A stretch of 63,325 nt of DNA, counting the filler, from Actinomycetota bacterium (GTDB lineage: Bacteria > Actinomycetota > CADDZG01 > JAHWKV01 > JAOPZY01), in assembly GCA_025963875.1 (NCBI GenBank). It is 6 parts of 6 records of this genome, joined end to end, with 100 filler letters (N's around TTAATTAATTAA, not from the genome) between each part and the next. Parts side by side here need not be neighbours in the genome. Positions count along the whole stretch, not along the records: positions 49,218 to 59,687 come from JAOPZY010000185.1; positions 59,788 to 63,325 come from JAOPZY010000079.1; 4 more parts are not named here. One strand, given 5' to 3'. Positions 57,466 to 63,325 of this stretch are shown piece after piece. Position numbers and translations under genes: made by a program. The notes under the pieces were generated by a model. The model had not been told where the DNA came from. It saw only the letters and a program-made list of their open reading frames with translations, and searched no databases. How positions within the stretch are numbered: the first letter of the stretch is position 1; each line of letters starts with the position of its first letter.

Positions 57466-58122
57466 TCAGGTCCCTGGCCGGACGGCGCCGAGGTAGGCGC
57501 CCTGGTCGATGGAGGTGATCGTCACCAGCTGGCCTGTCTGTGGGGCATGCACCATCCTGCCGGCGCCGACGTACATGCCCACGTGGCCGAGGCCTTTCCA
57601 GAAGATGAGATCGCCCGGCTGGAGCTGGTTGCGATTGACCCGGCGTCCCGACCCGTACTGCGCGGCTGCCGAGTGCGGCAACACGATGCCGGCGGCGCCA
57701 TAGGCGAACTTCGTGAGGCCGGAGCAGTCGAACGTGCTGGGGCCGAGGGCACCGTAGCGATAGGGCCTGCCGAGCTCCTTCAGGGCAGTCTCGACCGCTC
57801 GGGCGGCGGCGGACAGTGGAGGTGGGGGGGCCGCGGCTGGGGCGGAGGCCGCAACGACCCGTACGGAGGCTCGGGCGGCCGGGGCAGGGGCGGGAGGGGC
57901 GGGAGGGGCGGGAGGAGCCGAAGATGCAACGGGAACGGCGGTGACGAGGGCCACCATGTCCGACTCCATGGGGTTCGGGGCTTGGGCGGCGAGTGCTCGG
58001 ACCGGCCTCGGCGCCGCTGGGACCACCGTACGTGGAGAATGCGCGGCCGCCGACGCCACGATGCCCAGCAGACCGTATCCCAGAAGCGCGAGGCTCGCGC
58101 GCGTCAAGCATCTCCGCCACAT
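57466..58122 (-). CDS. NlpC/P60 (C40) cell-wall peptidase
   Basis: G.PY.YG..GP..FDCSGL, LQPGDLIF, HVGMY.G.G.MVHAP; signal peptide. Confidence 0.94.
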   Translation of the reverse strand: MWRRCLTRASLALLGYGLLGIVASAAAHSPRTVVPAAPRPVRALAAQAPNPMESDMVALVTAVPVASSAPPAPPAPPAPAPAARASVRVVAASAPAAAPPPPLSAAARAVETALKELGRPYRYGALGPSTFDCSGLTKFAYGAAGIVLPHSAAAQYGSGRRVNRNQLQPGDLIFWKGLGHVGMYVGAGRMVHAPQTGQLVTITSIDQGAYLGAVRPGT

Positions 58123-58488
58123 AGAGAGTTGGCCCCTTTCGGTCGGGATCCGGGCAACTTCAAGCTTCAGACGGGCAGATCCTGATGTCCCCTACCGGCT
58201 AGGAGACGCGCCCAATCAATGAAGCAATCGATATGGTTTTGTAAAGCTTCCCACTCGCCACCAACGGCCCACGCGGCGAGTCAGTGCAAGGGAGAGGATT
58301 GCGCCGGCACGCTCATCACTCCCAATGGGGCTGGCATATTCAGCCGTGTGGGTCCCCCCGCCCATCATGCACGAGGACAATAGTCCATCACCGGATTTCG
58401 GCGCCACTCGGGACAGATTTCTGCAACATATCCGGACACATAGTCCGAGGTCGTCTCGCCCCCCAAACCGGGCACCCGAGCAACCACG

Positions 58489-58518
58489 GTTGACAGCCCT
58501 CCACCTGTCAACTACAGT
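58489..58518 (+). promoter_or_regulatory. Sigma70 promoter with an overlapping palindromic operator; leaderless
   Basis: TTGACA-N17-TACAGT-N6-ATG; inverted repeat GTTGACAG-N8-CTGTCAAC at 58489-58512. Confidence 0.85.
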
Positions 58519-58524
58519 TGCTCC

Positions 58525-58767
58525 ATGACCGAGACCAACCTTCACACCCCCGCCCAGCCTGCCGATGGGCTGGCGGCGGTCGTGGCGTTGCGGCGCCTCG
58601 CCGACCGGCTCGAGGACGCCGAGGTCGAACGTGCCCTCCGGTCCGGCTGGAACTGGTCGCAGGTGGCGGAGGCCCTCGGGGTCACCCGGCAGGCCGTGCA
58701 CAAGAAGCACGCGAAGCGACTCGCTCCCAGCGGCGTCGCACCAAGGAGGCAAGATGGCGAGGAATGA
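58525..58767 (+). CDS. Small helix-turn-helix DNA-binding protein
   Basis: GWNWSQVAEALGVTRQAVHKKH. Confidence 0.9.
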   Translation: MTETNLHTPAQPADGLAAVVALRRLADRLEDAEVERALRSGWNWSQVAEALGVTRQAVHKKHAKRLAPSGVAPRRQDGEE

Positions 58768-59242
58768 GGTGGCTGCGATCCTCTACCGGGCACGGGAGGA
58801 GGCGAAGGCCGCGGGCTCACCCGGCGTCGAGGCGGAGCACGTGCTCCTCGCGATCGCCGCCCACAAAGGTACCGAGGCCCAACGGATTCTTGCGAATGTT
58901 GGTCTCGATCACGCGGCGATCCTGGCCGCCCTCGACCGCGAATTCGAGGAGAGCCTTGCAGGAGCAGGTGTGTCCCTGAGCGCCTTCAGCCTGCCGTCAG
59001 CCTCCGGTCGGCCCGATCGCGTCCCGCGTTGGGGCACCTCGTTCAAGCTGGCGCTTCAGCGGGCCCCCAAGGGCAGTCCAGCCGGAAGGAGCTGGAACTC
59101 ACGGTTGGATTCCACGCGGCTCCTTCTCGGCATCCTCCGTGCCCGGATTGGGACCGTGGCCCGCGCACTGTCGCTGGCGGGTGTCGATCGCGCAGCACTC
59201 GCTGCCAGGGCCGAGCAGGCCCTCGGCGGCGGGCGGCCCTGA
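58754..59242 (+). CDS. Stand-alone Clp protease N-terminal (Clp_N) domain protein
   Basis: AREEA...G...VEAEHVLLAI and a second repeat LLLGIL......ARAL..AGVD; AGGAGG RBS. Confidence 0.88.
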   Translation: MARNEVAAILYRAREEAKAAGSPGVEAEHVLLAIAAHKGTEAQRILANVGLDHAAILAALDREFEESLAGAGVSLSAFSLPSASGRPDRVPRWGTSFKLALQRAPKGSPAGRSWNSRLDSTRLLLGILRARIGTVARALSLAGVDRAALAARAEQALGGGRP

Positions 59243-59687
59243 CGGCACTGCTCGGCCGGATGGTTGCGCTCCGGCCGGTCACCCCCGACGACACAGCCGC
59301 CCTGGCCGAGATCCTGGCGGATCCGAGCGTCGCGCCGTGGTGGGGCACCTTCGATGCCGAGAAGCTCCGCCAAGACGTCATCGAACCGCTGTCCGACGTT
59401 GGCAGCTTCGTCATCGAGGTCGAGGGCTCCGTGGCCGGCCTCATCCAGTACACCGAGGAGAACGAGCCCGACTACCGCCACGCCGGCATCGACATTGCCG
59501 TGAGCTCGTCCTGGCAGGGGCGCGGCATCGGCCCGGATGCCATCCGGACGCTGGCCCGCCACCTGTTCGAGGAGCGGGGCCACCACCGGTTGACCATCGA
59601 CCCGGCGGTCGCCAACGACCGGGCCATCCGGGCCTACGAGCGGGTGGGCTTCCGTCCAGTCGGGATCATGCGGGCCTACGAGCGGGG
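59239..59687 (+). CDS. GNAT acetyltransferase (AAC(6')-like), 3'-partial
   Basis: LRP...D, V..WW, IQY.EE, QGRG.G, IDP...N.RAI..YE.VGF; start CTG 59239 or ATG 59260. Confidence 0.88.
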
Positions 59688-59787
59688 NNNNNNNNNNNNN
59701 NNNNNNNNNNNNNNNNNNNNNNNNNNNNNNNTTAATTAATTAANNNNNNNNNNNNNNNNNNNNNNNNNNNNNNNNNNNNNNNNNNNN
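59688..59787. other. Artificial contig linker
   Basis: N run + TTAATTAATTAA + N run. Confidence 0.99.
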
Positions 59788-59968
59788 GCCCTCCGGAGGG
59801 TGGCCGCTGGAACGCCAGCCTCTGCCGCTCGAGACCAACCTGCCAGGCCTCTTCGCGGCCGGCGACGTGCGGCACGGATCGGTCAAGCGGTGCTCGGCTG
59901 CCATCGGCGAGGGAGCGATGGCCGTGGCGCTGGTCCACCGACGGTTGGCGGAGGTCGGGAGTGGCTGA
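59788..59968 (+). CDS. C-terminus of a thioredoxin reductase-like FAD-dependent oxidoreductase, 5'-partial
   Basis: My translation WPLERQPLPLETNLPGLFAAGDVRHGSVKRCSAAIGEGAMAV. Confidence 0.88.
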
Positions 59969-60620
59969 TCCGGTCGAGGCGCTGGCGACCGGCGCGCCGC
60001 CGGTCCCCAACCCGGAGTTCGGCGTGCTCGTTTCCGATGAACGCATCGCCGCAGCCGCCGAAGCACTTGAGCGCAACGGCTTCCGAGCCCTCGTCGTCGA
60101 TACCGGTCAGGAGGCGAGGCTCCGGGTGCACCAGCTCCTCCCCGACGGGGCCGAGGTGTACAACAACACCTCGAGAACCTTGGAGTCCATCGGCATCGCC
60201 GACGACATCGAACGCTCGGGACGGTACCAGCCCATCCGGCTTCGTCTCTACCAGATGGATCGGGAGATGCAGCGTCGCGAGATGCGGGTGCTCGCTGCCG
60301 CGCCGGAATATGTCGTCGGCAGTGTCCACGCGGTGACCGACGACGGCTCGATGCTCGTCGCCTCCGCCAGCGGCAGCCAGCTCGGTCCGTTGGTCTCGGG
60401 GGCTGCCAACGTGATTCTCGTCGTCGGCGGCCAGAAGATCGTTCCCGATCTCGAGACGGGGCTGCGGCGTATTCGCGAGTACTGCTACCCGCTGGAGGAC
60501 GAGCGTGCCCGCCGGGTCTATGGGGTGCCGAGCGGCGTGAACAACATCCTGATCATCAACCGCGTGCTGGTCCCCGAGCGGGTGACGGCGATCCTTGTGA
60601 AGGAGGAACTCGGCTTCTGA
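59961..60620 (+). CDS. LUD domain protein (lactate utilisation C/YkgG-like)
   Basis: S.TL...G, GSVHAVT.DG, SGSQL, VVG.QKIV.DL. Confidence 0.85.
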   Translation: MADPVEALATGAPPVPNPEFGVLVSDERIAAAAEALERNGFRALVVDTGQEARLRVHQLLPDGAEVYNNTSRTLESIGIADDIERSGRYQPIRLRLYQMDREMQRREMRVLAAAPEYVVGSVHAVTDDGSMLVASASGSQLGPLVSGAANVILVVGGQKIVPDLETGLRRIREYCYPLEDERARRVYGVPSGVNNILIINRVLVPERVTAILVKEELGF

Positions 60621-60635
60621 ACCTGGGGCAGCGCG

Positions 60636-61526
60636 CTACTCGTCGGTGAGGACAGCCGCTGCGATCCTGCGGACGCGTTCGGGGTCGGCGATCGCATCGA
60701 TCTCGACGATCTTGCCCTCGGCGACGGTGAAGCCCATCACGGCGAAGGGCCGCCCAGCCACAATGACGACCACGCCGGCGGCTCCGTTCACCAGCGCGGG
60801 GCGCAGCTGCGCGGCCGGCTGCCGGAACATGAGCGCCTGTCCGGCTACGGCCGCTGCGCCGCGGATAACCGTTGGGGCTGAAGGGCGCTTGGCGCCCCAG
60901 TCGGACCGCAGCACGACATCGGGATCGAGCAACGCGACGAGGGCATCGAAATCGCCCCCACGCGCCGCCAGGAAGAAGGCGTCGACCACGTGTCGTTGAC
61001 GAGCCACATCGGGGTCCGGAACCGGTAGATCGGCGCCCTTCACGTGGCGTCGTGCCCTGCTGGCGAGCTGCCTCGCCGCCGCAGGGGTGCGACCAACCAT
61101 GGGGGCGATCTCGTCGAAGGGCAACTCGAACATGTCATGCAGTACGAACGCCAACCGCTCGGCCGGGGCCAGGGTGTCGAGCACGACGAGGAGCGCAAGG
61201 CCGACCGAGTCGGCCAGCAACGCCTCCTCCTCCGGTTGGAGCTGCCCGTCCGGGATGATGACGGGGTCGGGTAAGTGGACCCCGAAGGAATCCTCGCGCC
61301 GGACCTTGCGCGAACGCAGCATGTTCAGGCACACGCGGGCGACAATTGTCGTCAACCACCCGCCGAGGTTCTCGACCCCGCCCGCCCCTGATCGGCTGAG
61401 CCGAAGCCACGCATCCTGAACGGCGTCGTCGGCTTCGGTGAGCGAGCCCAACATCCGGTAGGCAACCGCCCGGAGGTGGGCCCGGTGCTCCTGGAAGCGA
61501 TCCGCCAGCCACTCGTTCTCGTCCAC
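60636..61526 (-). CDS. ECF sigma factor with a C-terminal SnoaL-like domain (ECF41/56, SigJ-like)
   Basis: HLRAVAYRMLGS..EADDAVQDAWLR, LPDP, ERLAFVLHD.F, RQLASRAR, LDPDVVLRSD, DPER. Confidence 0.92.
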   Translation of the reverse strand: MDENEWLADRFQEHRAHLRAVAYRMLGSLTEADDAVQDAWLRLSRSGAGGVENLGGWLTTIVARVCLNMLRSRKVRREDSFGVHLPDPVIIPDGQLQPEEEALLADSVGLALLVVLDTLAPAERLAFVLHDMFELPFDEIAPMVGRTPAAARQLASRARRHVKGADLPVPDPDVARQRHVVDAFFLAARGGDFDALVALLDPDVVLRSDWGAKRPSAPTVIRGAAAVAGQALMFRQPAAQLRPALVNGAAGVVVIVAGRPFAVMGFTVAEGKIVEIDAIADPERVRRIAAAVLTDE

Positions 61527-61589
61527 TGTCACATCCTTGCGTTGCGAGGTGTCATGAGAAGTGACCCGCAGAACACGTTCTATGTGACA
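61527..61589. promoter_or_regulatory. Pair of oppositely oriented ECF41-type promoters
   Basis: Plus strand TGTCACA(61527)-N16-TGTC; minus strand TGTCACA(61589)-N16-GGTC; known ECF41 motif is TGTCACA-N16-CGTC. Confidence 0.75.
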
Positions 61590-61622
61590 GGGAGACACCG
61601 TGAATATGTTTGAGGAGGGGCC

Positions 61623-61665
61623 ATGACATCACGCATTCTGATTACCGGCGGCACGGGGACGCTCC
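61623..61665 (+). pseudogene. Stub of an NAD(P)-binding (SDR/NmrA-like) gene
   Basis: GAGGAGG RBS then MTSRILITGGTGTL; similarity ends at once and the frame stops at 61772. Confidence 0.65.
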
Positions 61666-61709
61666 GGGAGTGCGGTGATGATCGTCGATGCGTCCTGGAA
61701 GCTACCGAG

Positions 61710-61757
61710 CTTCTTTGTGTGAATAAACACGATAATGATGGTAAATACACAAAGAAG
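61710..61757. repeat. AT-rich 11-bp inverted repeat with a 26-bp spacer
   Basis: CTTCTTTGTGT-N26-ACACAAAGAAG. Confidence 0.85.
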
Positions 61758-61947
61758 ATTGCTTGGAGCTAGATGCTAGGCGCGAACGCCAGGCTCAGAT
61801 GGTGTCGAGTTGCCGGTTGTTGGTGCGGGGCCCGAGTGTCCGGATGACCACGGTCATGCCCACGAGCAGCAGGGCGCAGCACGTGGAGAGGCGCCGGCGC
61901 CGATCGCGGCCAGCAGGGGCCCCGCCGGACGAACCGGGTCGCTGAGG

Positions 61948-62172
61948 TCAGGGGAAGGCCGGCGGATCGCTGGCGGGGAAGGACTCGGCGAGCGCCTCGT
62001 CGAGCGCCTCCTCCTCATGTCTCCGATCCCGATCCGGGCGCAGCCGCTGACCGCAGTTGGGGCAGTCCATCTCGGCGGGCCTGGCATCCCCGAGTTCCGC
62101 GCCGCACTGGGGACATACTCGTTTGGCCACATCTGGCCCTGAGTCTGAGTTGGCCACTGGATCGGAATCCAT
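61948..62172 (-). CDS. Small protein with a zinc ribbon and a C-terminal ESFPASDPP motif
   Basis: AGGAGG RBS; CPQCG...CPNCG; LDEALAESFPASDPPAF. Confidence 0.75.
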   Translation of the reverse strand: MDSDPVANSDSGPDVAKRVCPQCGAELGDARPAEMDCPNCGQRLRPDRDRRHEEEALDEALAESFPASDPPAFP

Positions 62173-62235
62173 CTGTACCTCCTGCCCCTTGTACGGTGGC
62201 TTCTTCCCTCGCTCCAGGCATGGTACGACTTGAGG

Positions 62236-62694
62236 TTACGCGGGAGTAGATCGGCTCTCCACCGGCACAGGCGGCGAACGGAAGAGGAGCCGGTCGCACA
62301 GGACGTACTGGAAAACCCAGAGGACGCCGAAGGTGGCGAGGTTGGTTGCCTGGACCGTGACCGTTCGCGCCAGCCGGCCCCAGCCGAGCGAGGTCGCCCA
62401 GGCGGCAGCGATGTGCACCGTCAGCGTCGACAGCACGAGCCCCGACAGCGAGAGGGCGAAGAAGGGGGCGGCCTGGCGCAGGAGCGACCGGCTGGCCCGG
62501 GCACCCCAGACCCACCGGCGATTCAGCTCGAAGGAGGGCACGGTGGCAATGGCGGTGGCGAGAGCATTCGACCACCCTGCGGGTGCGCCCGCCACCCCCA
62601 CCAGCAGGCCGAGGAGCGTGAGCGCCGTGACGGTGGAGACCGCCGAAACTGCGGCGTAGCGGATGAGTTTCGCGAGTGTCTTCACAGCCCGCAT
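62236..62694 (-). CDS. GtrA-family membrane protein
   Basis: LIRYAAVS, N......SFELNRRWVW, four helices, terminal LF. Confidence 0.85.
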   Translation of the reverse strand: MRAVKTLAKLIRYAAVSAVSTVTALTLLGLLVGVAGAPAGWSNALATAIATVPSFELNRRWVWGARASRSLLRQAAPFFALSLSGLVLSTLTVHIAAAWATSLGWGRLARTVTVQATNLATFGVLWVFQYVLCDRLLFRSPPVPVESRSTPA

Positions 62695-62803
62695 CGTCGC
62701 CGTCGTCGCTGGGGATTTCCGCAGACCCGGCTGAGTGCCGGCGTGGAGTCTCCTCAGCCGCCGGGACAGTACAGACTTGCTCTTATCTGGGGAATGCGGG
62801 GCC

Positions 62804-63325
62804 TCACGGCACCAGGACGATCTTGCCCAGGGTGTGGCGCTGCTCAAGGTCCCGGTAGGCCTCACGGACCTGGTCCAAGGGATAGACGGCGGCGATGGGC
62901 ACCTCGAGCTTGCCGGCGGCGATCAGGTCGGCCAGCTCGGCGAGGACCTCGGCCGAGGCCCCCGCCGCGTTCCCCTCACCCTTCACGCCGTACCGAGCGA
63001 CCGCCGGGTAGTCGATGATGGTGTCGATCCGCTGGGTGTTTACACCCAGCTGGAGGGCGAGCTCGACATACTCAGCGCCGAAGGTGTCGATGAAGGCATC
63101 GATGGGCCCGCCGGCCGCAGCCCGGATCCGCTCCTCCGCGCCGTCACCGTAGGCGACGGGCACGATGCCATGAGCCGGGAGCCAGACATGGTGGGTCGCG
63201 CTCGCCAGGCCGATGACGGCAGCCCCGGCGTTGCGGGCCAGCTGCCCGCTCAGCGATCCCACCCCACCTGCGGCGCCCGAGACGACGACAGTTTCACCCG
63301 GCTGGGGAGCGACGGCCCGGACTGT
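62804..63325 (-). CDS. NADP-dependent oxidoreductase (MDR family), 5'-partial
   Basis: VVVSGAAGGVGS, YPLDQVREAY..L...HT.GKIVL. Confidence 0.9.
   Translation of the reverse strand, partial: TVRAVAPQPGETVVVSGAAGGVGSLSGQLARNAGAAVIGLASATHHVWLPAHGIVPVAYGDGAEERIRAAAGGPIDAFIDTFGAEYVELALQLGVNTQRIDTIIDYPAVARYGVKGEGNAAGASAEVLAELADLIAAGKLEVPIAAVYPLDQVREAYRDLEQRHTLGKIVLVP

Noticed and set aside
59239..59687. Confirmed aminoglycoside resistance gene
   Set aside because: GNAT family resemblance only; the gene is partial and its substrate cannot be read from the sequence
61721..61746. dif-like site (TGATGGTAAAT resembles a XerD arm)
   Set aside because: No matching XerC arm at a 6-bp spacing

Overview
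This window is six contig fragments joined by artificial 100-nt N/TTAATTAATTAA linkers (20283-20382, 29926-30025, 44398-44497, 49118-49217, 59688-59787), so gene context must not be read across them. The DNA is GC-rich and looks actinobacterial (proteasome ATPase arc next to trmI, MptB-like mannosyltransferase, origin-proximal yidC-jag-parA-parB-amidase-trxAB block), probably a metagenome-assembled genome. Contig 1 is accessory DNA: a tRNA-Val(GAC) 3' fragment (att-like scar), gene relics, a large secreted Phi-1/EXORDIUM-like protein with Ig-like repeats, a decaying MarR/oxidoreductase cluster with a shared operator, an AbiE-like type IV toxin-antitoxin relic, and a P450-methyltransferase-S8 protease-inhibitor-like operon. 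Contig 2 is the origin-proximal core with two parS sites and no rsmG. Contig 3 holds metabolic genes, including a DhaM with a catalytically dead enzyme-I tail, and the start of the proteasome locus. Contig 4 has htpX and an ApbE flavinylation module. Contig 5 has a beta-propeller/ubiquitin-like/CDGSH operon, a Ser/Thr kinase, a possible RiPP-precursor-like protein and an HTH-ClpN operon with a palindromic operator. Contig 6 has an ECF41-like sigma factor with divergent TGTCACA promoters. No CRISPR array, rRNA or intact tRNA was seen. All family calls come from motif recognition by eye, not database searches.
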